This document shows positions 23,223 to 35,632 of a stretch of DNA of 64,000 nt, in pieces (positions within the stretch are counted from its first letter, which is position 1; every line of letters starts with the position of its first letter). Origin of the DNA: Leucoraja erinacea (lineage: Eukaryota); assembly GCF_028641065.1 (NCBI RefSeq), contig NC_073387.1:37820001-37884000 (forward strand), in the 5' to 3' direction. The translations under genes were made by a program, and so were the position numbers. The notes beneath the pieces were generated by a model that had not been told where the DNA came from, did no database searches, and was given only the letters and a program-made list of their open reading frames with translations.

Positions 23223-25042
23223 ACTGTTGCATCAGGTTTCACTCATCTCTCACAACAAAGAGTAAATAATCCAAGGGCCAAAAGTATCTTGCTTGTATTT
23301 TGTATCCTATGCCCTTAAATTGTTCAGTATCCAGTAGGCACCATCTTAAATGAATCTCACAATTTTATATCAATCTCTGGTACCATCCTCAACTGTATTC
23401 AGCAAACAAATGACAATACTATTGCCTTGGGAATCTGTGACCTCCCGTCAGATAACAAAATTTACTTTAGGATTGAGAATCCCTCTCCGATGTCTGCTAC
23501 CACTCTCACTGCTTAGTGCTAACAGCACTAATGTTAAGACATCAACAATTAATCTTTAATTGTCTACAAACAATCTACAGCAATTGAAACACAGGGTGTG
23601 CAAGATTATTTCCAAAATTACCCTCCGAACTTTGGATTTTGCTTTGTTGAAAGATGTCAAAGTGCTCACATAACAAGTTACAGTACGATAAAGATTGTGT
23701 TGCCAAATAGGACGTCTATTCTGTGCCAACAATACTCTGCAACAAAAATGACGAGAATAATCAGTTTATTTGGTTCTTATTGTGATCATGTGATGAATCT
23801 TCTTCAGGATACAAGGAGAATAATATCTGCTTTTCAAAGTGAGACTATAGAAATTTGAACTTGAACACAAAGATTGGAATGATTAATTGTCCCAGCTGAA
23901 GCATTGTATCTCTGACAACGTAGCACTAAAGTATTGTGCCCAAACATCACCCGGCATTATATCTCAAATAACTTATTTAGACATCAAAACAATCATGTTT
24001 TGATTCAGATCTGACTGATCGATCATTTGAATTGAGTCAAAATATCTGGATGACAAAAATCAAGTCAAGAGTGTTTCATCATCATGTGTCCCAGACAGCA
24101 CAATAAAATTCTTACTTGCAGCAGTACAACAGAGTGTATAAACATTGTACTCTGTAAACAATATAATAAAAGAGAAAACAAATGTTTAGTATACACACAC
24201 AATAATAGTGCAAAAAAATAAAACCAATGCCCCAAAGTCTTCAGTGTTACTTCAGTGCTTATTTGGAGATTGTAGTTGAATAAAACAGTACAGTAGAATA
24301 ATGCAGCCTAGAACAGGAACAGGCCTTTCGGCCGGCAAGGTCTGTGCTGAACATAGTGCCAAGTTAATCACCTCTGCCTGCAAGTTATCCATATTCCACC
24401 ATCCACTGCATATCTAAATGCCTATCTAAAAGCTTCTTCAATAATATTAAATTTAGAATCAAAGTTTGCAGCTCGTGTACAAAATGGTGCTTCTAATCTG
24501 TGATATTTTGTGGCTTCCTTAATATATACATAAATCTCATGTATTTGCCAGTAATGCATAATGAGGGCTATTAGCCAATTGAATTGATAATGTGGTACTA
24601 TTTTGGCTGTTTTGTTCACCAGCACTCAATTCGAGTGTGTGTTGTGATTACATGTACATCTCCCTCAATTTTCAAACTATTATGTTATTAATGTGCCACT
24701 CCATGATTTAACAATCCACGACAATTAACTGAATAGGTGCCTAAATTCCTTGTGGCATCTTTCCTTCCTGAATCTGTTATTAGACCTTGGTGCATTGCTC
24801 CCAACCTCCACCCCAAAAGCCACATCTACTGCGTCTCTTGAAGTACATTATACAGAGGTTGCTGAGGAATTCTGGCATTCCTCACTGATATGCTGACATT
24901 TGCACCAGAAAGTGTAAGTCAATTTAGGACTTCCGCGTGACTTGTCCACTCCCAAATTTGCTAGCTGAGGTTTTGGCGACAGTAATCTGAATTTAGACAT
25001 CTTGTGATATATACTATAATTTCCCAGTTACTATACTGGACA

Positions 25043-25198
25043 GGACACAAAGCGCTGGAAAGTTCAGTCTGAAGAAGGGTCTTGGCCCAAAACATCACCT
25101 GTCCATGTTCTCCAGAGATGCTGCCTAACCTGCTGAGTTACTCTAGCACTTTGCGTCCATTTGTTTATTCACCAGCATCTGCAATTCTTTGCTTCTAC
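25043..25198. mobile_element. Penelope pseudo-LTR derivative
   Basis: ctgaagaagggtcttggccc...agatgctgcc...cagcatctgca. Confidence 0.75.
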
Positions 25199-27204
25199 AT
25201 TCTGAGGAATCAGCCCAATATACTGTACTTGCGCAGGCACAGTAAGTCTATTCATTGCAATGGAGAATTGCTGTTGTAAGGGGCAAGACTAAGTATTAGA
25301 TATCATACATTTAATTGAAGTAATCAGATTTCCTTGAATATTCCTAATCGTTTCAAAGTAGTTCTGTCTTGTTAACTCTTAAAATTGTTTATTTTTTAAT
25401 TGATTAAATGGATTAATGATTTTCAATACCTTTGTATGCTTCCAAAATGACAGGCATAATCAGAAGCATTCATAGGTACCCAGCAGTTTTGACAGCTGCC
25501 TGGTGCAATCGTGTCTTACCTGACTTTAACATATGTTTCAGCACTTCATAGAAGAGTCTTTCTCTGACTTCCTTACACGGCAACAGAACTTTGCATAACA
25601 TCCTGACAAAATTCTGGTTGATTACCTCAATCAATCTCGTAGAAGTAAACCAGGTATTAAATGCCTTCCAACTAGTTTTAGAAATCCTAGCCTTGAGGTT
25701 AAGATTCAATATATCCAATTTTCTCTATATCCTTTCAATAATCCTAAGGTATCACAATAATACTATTATATCCCTATACTTAAATTCAGTATCGCTTACA
25801 ATATATCCTAAAATTGCTTCCAAGCATAAAGTTTAGTCTATGAGATTACTGTCACTATGCATAACATTTTTGGGGGGAGGTTGAAATACATTTAAAACAC
25901 TCTATGCATGCTCATTACTCTGAAATTTATAAATGCCTGGATTTTCTACATAATAGTATGAATGTTTTAATTGGTTTTAAACCATGATAAGGACAGTGTG
26001 TCCCATCCTTTTCCCTTAATGAATAATGAATCATCAGCATTGCACCCAAGAGCACACTGAATTACCGATCACAGATCCTCATGTAATTTAATGGAGTATT
26101 ATATAAATCCCTGACAGTGATGTGTTTTTGAAAAAATCATTGCATTTATTTACTTTGAGTGCCTCAATGGCATGTCATTTTAACCTTTTGATTGTACTCA
26201 ATCTGATTCTGCGTATGTTTTCATCATATATAGGATGACTAGATATAGTTTGGAAAAATAATTGGGTCAAGCAGATATTCAGATGATGAACGACCCTCAG
26301 AAGGCAAGATGGAAACAGCATTGGAATGAAAAAATGCATACGTTAGTCATATAAATGCAATGATGGCATCACTGGGAAGGTGATGGAAAGTTGCCTTCTT
26401 CACCCTCTGCTTTCAGTGGTGCTCTGAATTCTTGTCTTGTTGGGAGTTGGCTGATTTTGACCCAGAGATAAAGGGAGGAGTAGAGCTATATCTCAAGTCA
26501 GTATGGTGTGTGAATTGGAGGCAAAACTTGCAGGTGAAAGTATTCCAATACGGCTGCATTCTACGCGATTGTTATTGCAGATTTGAGAAGTGATGCTGTA
26601 GAAATCGCAGTGAATTACAGTCATGCAATTTGTAGACGAGGAAGACTAAAAGTGCAGTGTGGTGATGTTTGTAAGAATGAATGTTCTGAAGATGGATGCC
26701 AATCAAGTGGAATCCTCTGCCCTAAATAATGCTGCACTTCTTGAATTTATTGGCTGCACATATTCAGGTTGGTGTAGAAACTCAATTGTATGCTGTACTA
26801 CCGGAGAAACCTGCAATAAGGGAAACACCCTTAGCAGAATACAACAAGAATACAACAATCTATGTTATATTCTTGTTGACCCTATTACCTCGATAGGGTA
26901 TCAACTGGCATGATAAGACTCTAAACAAAGGATTAGTTCAAATTAATCTTTATTCGTAGTCAAGTTGTCCAAGTAAGCATGAAAACCACTGACTTCCAAC
27001 AATTTTGATTTGATTTATTGTTCCATTGTTACAAAGTCGTAAGAATCACAGTTGGACTCAATGTGAGTGAAGTGGCCAAATTCACTGCCACTATTATCAC
27101 ACCATGTATAAATATTGTTCAGCTGTTGCTGGACACAGACTGAATTATTCCTCTAGTGTTGACATTTCAGCTAAAGCTGCTCTTCATTAAAACCACCGCC
27201 AAAA

Positions 27205-27925
27205 TAAATGCATGGCAGATGCAGTATAATGTGGATAAATGTGACGTTATCCACTTTGGTGGCAAGAACGGGAAGGCAGATTACTATCTGAATGATGTCA
27301 GGTTAGGAAAAGGGGAAGTACAATGAGACCTGGGTGTCCTTGTACATCAGTCACTGAAAGTTAGCATGCAGGTACAGCAGGCAGCGAAGAAAGCTAATGG
27401 CATGTTGACCTTCATAACGAGAGGCGTTGAGTTAAAGGAGCAGTGGTCATTCTGCAGTTGTACAGGGCCGTGGTGAAACCACACCTGGAGTATTGTGTGC
27501 AGTTTTAGTCTCCTAATTTGGGGATGGACATTCTTGCTATTGAGGGAGTGCAGCGTAGATTCACGAGATGATGAGAGGGGATCTTATTGAAACATATATA
27601 ATTATTAAGGGATTGGACACGCTAGATGCAGGAAACATGTTCCCGATGTTGGGGGAGTCCAGAACCAGGGGCTACAGTTTAAGAATAAGGAGTAGGCCAT
27701 TTAGAACAGAGTTGTGAATGTGTGGAATTCTCTGCCACAGAAGGCAGTGGAGGTCAATTCACTGGATGCATTCCAACAAGAGTTAGATAGAGCTCTTAGG
27801 GCTAGCGGAATCAAGGGATATGGGGAGAAGGCAGGGATGCGGCACTGATTGTGGATGTTCATCTATGATCACATTGAATGGCGGTGCTGGCTCAAAGGGC
27901 TGAATAGCCTACTCCTGCACCAATT
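27205..27925 (+). mobile_element. CR1 3' fragment with internal deletions
   Basis: Homologous to ~16090-16900. Confidence 0.88.
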
Positions 27926-28242
27926 GTGTGCATATAGTGATAGGGTTTAAGGAATACTAGACTAAGTGGGACCTGTTGGGTCCATGTTCACATGGGAGGG
28001 CTGGTCCCCCAATGCAATAATCCACCTCTCCACCAATTTCAATTTGCGGGGGGAGGGGGGGGGGGGTACTTTCTGGAGCACTAGTATGGGTGTTGAGGGC
28101 TGAAGGGACTGGTTTCCAAAAGGCCATATGGACATTGTTGGCCAAATGGATTCTTGGGGTGGCAGCTCAGTAACTAATGCCTGATGTGCTGATAGCTCAC
28201 TCACAGCTGGTGGGCTGGCAGTTGACTCATGGCTATTCCTTG

Positions 28243-29082
28243 AAATTCCATTTCAAGCAGGGTGCAAGGCCACCAAATTCAAATGCAGTTTCCTACCATT
28301 TCAAGCAGGGTGCAACGCCACCAAATTCAAGTGCAGATTCATACCACTTCAAGCAGGGTGCAAGCCCACTGAATTCAAGTGATGTTTCCGACTACTTCAA
28401 GCAGGGTGCAAGGCCATCGAATTCAAGTGCAGTTTTCACACCACTTCAAGCAGGGTGCAAGGCCACCAAATTCAAGTGCAGTTTCATACCACTTCAAGCA
28501 GGGTGCAAAACCAGCAAATTCAAGTGCAGTTTCATACCACTTCAAGCAGGGTACAAGGCCACAAATTCAAGTGCAGTTTCCTACCACTTCAAGTAGGGTG
28601 CAAGGCCACCAAATTCAAGTGCAGTTTCTTGCCATTTCAAGCAGGATGCAAGGCCACAAAATTCAGGTGCAGTTTCCAACCACTTCAAGCAGGGTGCAAG
28701 GCCACCAAATTCAAGTGCAGTTTCCGACCAATTCAAGCAGGGTGCAAAGCCACCAAATTCAAGTGCAGTTTCATACCACTTCAAGCAGGGTGCAAGGCCA
28801 CCGAATTAAAGTGCAGTGTCATACCACTTCAAGCAGGGTGCAAGGCCACCAAATTCAAATGTAGTTTCATACCATTTCAAGCAGGGTGCAAGGCCACTAA
28901 ATTCAAGTGCAGTTTCTTACCACTTCAAACAGGGTGCAAGGACTCCAAATTCAAGTGCAGTTTCCAACCACTTCAAGCAGGGTGCAAGGCCACCAAATTC
29001 AAATGCCGTTTCATACCATTTCATGCAGGGTGCAAGGCCACCACATTCAAATGCCATTTCATACCATTTGAAGCAGGGTGAA
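28243..29082. repeat. 48-bp minisatellite (~17 copies) inside the Helitron
   Basis: Unit ccacttcaagcagggtgcaaggccaccaaattcaagtgcagtttcata. Confidence 0.95.
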
Positions 29083-29492
29083 ACCACCATAAAACCAGCA
29101 TAAAACCACACAAATCACCACATAAATACCACTTAAACACCACACTCACATTTCAGTAGACATTCAGTGTGTTGTTGATTCACAGCTCAGGCAGTCGTGA
29201 CCTCTCCCTCCCCCATCTTGCAGAAACTGAGCCAGACTTCCGGGTTTTATAATCCCTCCACCCTCTTACCGGAGCCTTCATGGCGTGATTGACAGGAGAG
29301 AGATTCTCAACATTTTTCAAACATTAAAAACTCTTTTATTTTTCATCGATGGAAAAATCCTTGGCACCTGATGAGCGGAGGGGGACTGAGTAAGATGGCC
29401 AAAAATCACAGCCATACGTGATAGCGTTCTTTCTAAAATCAATATAAAGCGCAAACAGGAAGTGGTCAAGATTAGACTTTTAATTATATAGT

Positions 29493-29660
29493 AGGTAAGG
29501 CAACTTTAATTAGGCAAGGCAACTTTATTTAGGCAAGGCAACTTTAAGTAGGCAAGGCAACTTTAATTAGACAACACAGCTTTAGCATTTCCAAATTAAA
29601 GGCAACACAGCTTTAGCATTTCCAAACCAAAGGCAACACAGCTTTAGCATTTCCAAATTA
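29493..29660. repeat. 19-bp x4 and 31-bp x3 tandem repeats inside the Helitron
   Basis: aggcaaggcaactttaatt units, then ggcaacacagctttagcatttccaaa units. Confidence 0.85.
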
Positions 29661-30220
29661 TATTTTCAAACCACATTATGGGGACTGACATGTCAGTAAA
29701 ACCACTCACAGTTTAGTAGACATGTGTTCAGTGTTATTCACGACTCAGACTGAGAGACGTGACCCTCTCGCTGCCCCATCTTGCAGAGACTGACTGAGGC
29801 ACTTAACATTTCTAGGTTTTATAGTCCCTCCGGCAGGGGCGTGGCCTTCAGGAGAGAGAATCTGAACATTTTTTAAACACTAATAACTCTTTTATTTTTT
29901 ATCGATGGGAAAAATCCTCTTGTCCTGCGCAGTGGAGGGGGACTGAGTAAGATGGCCAAAAATCACAGCCGGAAGTGGCAGTGTTTTTTTTCTAAAATAA
30001 TACACAGAACAACAGGAAGTGGTCAAGCTCAGACTTTTAGTGATATAGATTACCATAGAATTGCAGTTCCTGTCACAGATGGAGGACATTCAGCCACTGT
30101 GTCAATGTCGGACCAAAAGGTCTTTTCCACATCTCACCAATAAACTCAACTCCTAATCATTCATTATTTTCAGACCCAAGTGTCATTCAGAATACCTTTA
30201 AATAGCACGTGGGCGATTTC

Positions 30221-30384
30221 GTTTAGTTTAGTTAGAGATACAGCGTGGAAACAGGCCCTTTGGTCCAGCGAGTCTGCGCCGTCCAACGATCACCTGTACA
30301 TTAGTTCACCCAAAATGAAGATCATAACCCGGGTCTCTGACATTGTGAGGCAGCAGCTCTACCAATGTGCCACTGTGCCACCCC
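30221..30384 (-). mobile_element. HE1-like SINE, internally deleted
   Basis: Tail and tRNA head joined without the central part. Confidence 0.75.
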
Positions 30385-30726
30385 TTGGATGAGCATTTGA
30401 AGGATATTAGATTTTCCTGCAGCTAAGTGTCAGTTTCCCGTGCTACCTTAATAATGGCATTTGTTTGATCATTTTGCAAGGATGGCACCATATCACCAAT
30501 GCATGTAGATTAATTTCACCCACTGCCTTCAATGCATATTTAGCATATATAAGCAATGGATATCTAACACCTTAATTTGATGCCATGAGTTGTGTTACCA
30601 ATGAGCCCTTGCAATTCACAAACAAAATTGGAATCAAATTGGAACACATACTACAGAAAATTATCAGTTCTGCGCTACCCAATTTCACAATCCAACGAAG
30701 GTTCCATCTTCACTGTATGACTGATT

Positions 30727-31000
30727 AGACTTGCAGCTTGAAAACAGGCCCTTCTGCCATCATGTCCGTGCCGCCAGCGATCACTCGTAGTCTAGCATTA
30801 TCCTACAAACTAGGGACAAATTACAATTTTGATACGCCAATGAACCTACAAACCTGTACATCTTTAGGATATGGGAGGAAACCGGAGAAAACGCACACGG
30901 TCACAAGGAGAACGTACAAACTCTGTACAGACAGCATAGGTAGTAGTCATGATCGAACCCAGGTCTCTGGTGCTGTAAGGCAACAACTCTACCGATGCGA
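30727..31000 (-). mobile_element. HE1-like SINE
   Basis: Homology to other copies; B-box GGGTTCGATC on the minus strand. Confidence 0.8.
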
Positions 31001-31745
31001 CATTTTGCAAGAAAGTATTTCATTGTTCTATTTCAGGACATATGATAATAAAACACTCTTGACTCCTGAATTAGACTAATACAGGGAAGTTCACCAGGGA
31101 ACAGCTAATTCAAGGACATGCATAGAAAATCTTCTCCATCTCAGCTCTGAAGCAAGGCTTACATTCTTACATACTGATTGTGAATACTTCAAGCAGTTTC
31201 CATTCAATTACCAGTCAATAGATGTGTATCGTCTTCCTAATTTCAATCTATTCTTGTGCAGCATTGTTGACAAAACAGAAATCCTTGGTTTAATAAATAA
31301 TCTGTGAAAGTAATGAAAAAATTGGATTAAATATATAATCAATCAGGATTCCCATTTATATAGAGTAGTATTTCATATTTTTAACGGTGAACCAATTTCT
31401 GAAAGCATTATAGGATTACAGAAAATTTACGATGTAGGATACCCATTCAGGTTATCATGTCTGCCCCACGCAAAAGATGCTACCTTTCAGGAGTAGGTTT
31501 GTAGCCCTGTAAATCATACGTTCCACGTACACATCCAGTCCTGCTTAAAGATTCTGAGGGTTTATTTTTCTATCATCCTTTTGAACACCTTCTTTCTAGA
31601 TAATAAATATCTTTCATAATTTCTGCTATATTCTTCTGCCAATTAGTTTAAATCCGTGTCCTTTGATTTTTTACCCCTCTTTTGGTGGAAAAAGTTCTTT
31701 TTATACTTGAGCCTCTACTAATCTTATAAACATCAATTACCGCTA

Positions 31746-32640
31746 TTATAAACATCTACTCTCAAGCTCTGTGCCGAACAACTGGCACCAGTCTACACAT
31801 ACATTTTTAACCAGTCCCTGCAAACCTGTACTGTCCCTGCCTGCTTCAAAGTCTCCACTATTGTTCCTGTACTCAAAAAGACAAGGATTACTGGTCTTAA
31901 AGACCAGAGGCGTGTCGCACTGACCTCTGTAGTCATGAAGACCTTGAAAGGCTTGTGCTGGCCAAGCTGAAAAATATAACGAACCCCCTGCTGGACCCTC
32001 TGCAGTTTGCATATCGGGCCAATAGATCTGTGGATGATGCAGGCAACCTGGGACTGCACTTCATCCTCCAGCACCTAGACCGCCAGGGCACCTATGCAAG
32101 GATTTTATTTGTTGATTTTAGCTCTGCATTCAACACCATTGTGCCAGAGCTACTACACTCCAAACTTTCCGAGTTGACTGTGCCTGAGCCCCTCTGTCAG
32201 TGGATCACCAGCTTCCTGACAGACAGCAAACAGCATGTGAGGCTGGGAAAGCACATCTCAGACCCGCAGACCCGCAGCATAGGAGCACCGCAAGGCTGCG
32301 TACTCTCCCTTCTCCTCTACTCGCTCTACACCAATGACTGCACCTCCACTGACTCCTCTGTCAAGCTTCTCAAGTTTGCGGATGACACAACCCGGATTGG
32401 ACTGATCCAGGATGGGGAGGAATGACAGGAAGGAAGTAACCAAAAATCTGTAGCCTTCTTTTGCTCTGGTATTTTATTTAATTCACATGTTTAAGCAATA
32501 ATGTTTTATCATTAATGGTTAATGTTTTATGTGTCTTTCCTAATTGTCACTGTATGTCATGTCACTTGCGGGCGGAGCACCAAGGCAAATTCCTTGTATA
32601 TGAATACTTGGCCAATAAACATTCATTAATTCATTCATTC
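31746..32640 (+). mobile_element. Rex1/Babar LINE RT fragment fused to its 3' UTR
   Basis: DPLQFAYRANRSVDDA, LFVDFSSAFNTI, GAPQGCVLS, FADD; after ~32440 it jumps to a 3' UTR matching the one in 9626-9810; (attc)n tail. Confidence 0.92.
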
Positions 32641-32856
32641 TAAGTCTCATCTGACCAAGGAAAATAACTCTTAACTACTTACTGATTAGCACACAAATGG
32701 AGCCATTCAGTCTATCAGATCCATACCAGCTGCAAGGAGTGCAGTCCCATTTATTTTACTTCCTCTCCATATTTCCCCGCAACTCTGCTACTGTTTTTTT
32801 CTTACACATCCATGAGTGCTTTTGGGTTATTTCATAATTTATCTTCACTAAGGAAT

Positions 32857-33028
32857 CTTCTTATCGAGTCCACACACAAGATTCGAAGTTGTTCAGCCTG
32901 AGCTGAACACCCTTCTCGGCAGCTGCATACAATGGTGTCTGTCTTGTCGCATCTTGTGCTTCTTGTTCGTGGTGGTGGAAAGATTGGTGGAAACAAGGCT
33001 GTGATGTGAACGCTCTTTCCTTGACCCC
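32857..33028 (-). mobile_element. Ribozyme-headed short retroelement, copy 2
   Basis: 10-bp TSD actaaggaat at 32847-32856 and 33029-33038; same ends as copy 1. Confidence 0.88.
32977..33028 (-). ncRNA. Minimal HDV-like ribozyme motif, CpG-decayed copy
   Basis: GGGGTC AA GGAAAGA GCG TTCACAT CAC AGCCTT GT TTCCA CCAA TCTTTCC; P2 intact, P3 and L3 hit by CG>CA changes. Confidence 0.7.
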
Positions 33029-33559
33029 ACTAAGGAATGATATACAATAACCAATGAAGGAAAACAATGCATCTACTCACCAGGAGACCATGCAAACATT
33101 TCCGTGTATCCAAGGCAACAGTGCTAATCTGGCTCTATCCAATCTTTTCTGTTTGGTACTATTTTACTCTTTTGACAATAACTTCACAGATCTCCTCCGC
33201 ATCCTCTTCAGTGCATTTGCATCTTGCACAGAATGTGGTGATGAGAATTGAAACTGTGGCCCAGTATACATTGTAGGTTCATTCTAGCACTGCTTCTCTG
33301 CCTTTATAATAAAGGAAAAGATTCTGTACGACTTCTCACCCATCAATAAGACTTGTTCCTCTACGACAAGGATGTGTGGACACATAGTTCAAACTCTCAC
33401 CGTTGTTCCATGCCCTCAGTATCTTATGATTTATTGTATATTCCCTTGCCTTGTTGCCTGTATATTTTGACAGATTCCAGTAGTGGTACCATTAGCTTTA
33501 ATGTAGCTCTATAAAGCTCTGCTGTGGATCTGATATATGTTAAACTAATTAAGACTCCT

Positions 33560-34030
33560 CTAGACACATGTGACTGCAGAAGCTGGAAACTTGAGCAAAA
33601 ACAAACTGCTGGAGGAACTCAAAGGGTTAGGGAGTATTGATGGATGGAAATGGATAGACAACTTGTCAGGTCAAGACCCTTCTTCGGTGATGGGGTAGAG
33701 TGGAGATAGCTGGTAGAAAGAGGTGAGAGGAAGGGGTGGGGCAAAACCTGGCAAGGGACAGGTGGAACCAGGTAAGAGGTAGATTGTTAAATGGGTCAAG
33801 TGGGGAGAGAAGAGTGGAGATAGTAACGACGGCTGGAGGTGATAAGTGGCCAAGCCATAAGGGAGCAAATTGGAATTTGATGAAAGGAAAGTGGGGAGTG
33901 AAATATAGAACCAGAGGGAGGGATGGTGGGTAAAGTGGGACAGAGGGGTGGGGAAAGAAAATGGGAGACCCAGAGTAACGAGACGTGAGCGATGAATGGA
34001 TGGAGGAAGTGGAAATGAGATAGGAACATA
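33560..34030 (-). mobile_element. Old Penelope 3' region (pseudo-LTR + pyrimidine-rich tract)
   Basis: ctgcagaagctgga...ctgctggaggaactca...gacccttcttc followed by a purine-rich plus strand. Confidence 0.6.
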
Positions 34031-35356
34031 GCAGTTGTAGAATGATGTGTGTGTGTCAATAATAAGCACTCCAGGAATAATGTGCACTAATTTCATCAGC
34101 AAAGCCTGAAAGGAACATTGCAATTCTATGTGATGCCATTTATGCATATTTGATGCAGAAATTAAGTTATCTGTGAAAAACAGATTTTTGATCAGATGTA
34201 GCAATTGAATTTTCAGACACAATTCAATTTGAATATATTCACTATCACATTTCATTCAATAAAGCAGATTTGTTTTTATTTGTGCAGATATGGTGCAAGT
34301 CTTTTAAGGAACGTACTACCTTGAGATTGTGAGCTGCAACCATGTCAAGAGATTGCATCTTGTACCATTGTTTATAGCTTGTTCTCAGTTTATTTAATTT
34401 GCAACAATCAATTCTGATCATTTGATGTTCAATGTCAATGTAGTAGAATAAGTAATAATTAATTCCATAAAAAGAACAGTAGAATACATCTGAATTTTTG
34501 GGCAAACTATTCTAAATTTGTATCACATTTGTATTTCATATCTATGTCTATATAAATAGTTTTATTTTTAACTGAATATTTATATTTTTTATGTTTTTGT
34601 CTGTAGTTTAATGCTGTATGAAATTAGCTTTGGCCCTATGTTAAAATATGGTATGAGCGTAGTCTGGATGCTTGCACCAGTGAATCTAAGCAACTAGCTG
34701 TGTGTTGCTCCTGAGAGCTGAAGGAAACGTAGATGGAGTCTCTTTCTTTATGTATGGGGTCTGAATGATCTCTGCCATGGAAGTGTTAGCATAGAAAACC
34801 TGGGATCTGGCAGAAATCAGCAGTAACAGTATGTAGGATCTTGTGTCCAAGAAAGTGTGAGTGACCAATATATTTCCTCAGTCAAGGAACTTGTGCGTTT
34901 TTATTTGGGGTAATTGTTGGTCATGGATTTCACTGAAGTTAAATGTAAACATTAGTCCTTTAAAAAGTAGTTCCATGGGGAAACAGGTTGGACAAACGTT
35001 GGTTGTTTTATGAATGAATAAGTAGTCATTTTCAGACCAATGAGGTTGAAATATTTTTGACATTATTCAGTGGAGTATTACAGCAGGAAGTAATGTATTA
35101 GAAATAATGAAAATGTGCAAAGGAGAATGAATTTCCAATTGGTGCAAAGGCACCAAGTAATATATATAAAGCTGCTGTGCACCCGATTGACACAATTATC
35201 AACCACGCTGTGCTAGATTTTTGGAGTTGGCCAAACAACCTTCTAGTCCATGGAATTTGTTATATATTAGCAGAGTGTTTGTCTGACTGATATAATCTAT
35301 TGCTTCTGCTCCACACAGGCATCTTTCCACAATTGTTCACATTGTCCTAGCAGCAG

Positions 35357-35632
35357 GACTCCCACTTCTACTCCCACTTCTACTCCCACTTCTACTCCCA
35401 CTTCTACTTCCACTCACAGTTTCATTCCCACTTGCACTCCCACTTCCACTCCCACTTCCACTCCCACTTCCACTCCCACTTCCACTCCCACGTCCACTTC
35501 CACTTCCACTCCCCTCACAATTCCACTCCCACTTCCACTCTCACGTCTACCCCCACGTCTACTTCTACTTCTACTCCCACTCCCACTCCCACTCCCACTC
35601 CTACTTCTACTCCCACTTCCACTTCCACTTCC
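35357..35632. repeat. Compound hexamer microsatellite (CCCACT/TCCACT/TCTACT)n
   Basis: Direct reading of the sequence. Confidence 0.95.

Larger units (their letters stand above)
27957..30049 (-). mobile_element. Non-autonomous Helitron
   Basis: Minus strand begins A|TCTATATCACTAAAA and ends ggacccaacaggtcc hairpin + cacttagtCTAG|T; AT target with no TSD. Confidence 0.85.

Noticed and set aside
28243-29082. CRISPR-like array or repeat-protein gene
   Set aside because: Head-to-tail tandem units with no unique spacers and no cas genes, in a eukaryotic context; the open frames follow from the 48-bp period
33671-34255. 194-aa minus-strand ORF
   Set aside because: Largely a low-complexity pyrimidine-rich Penelope-associated tract
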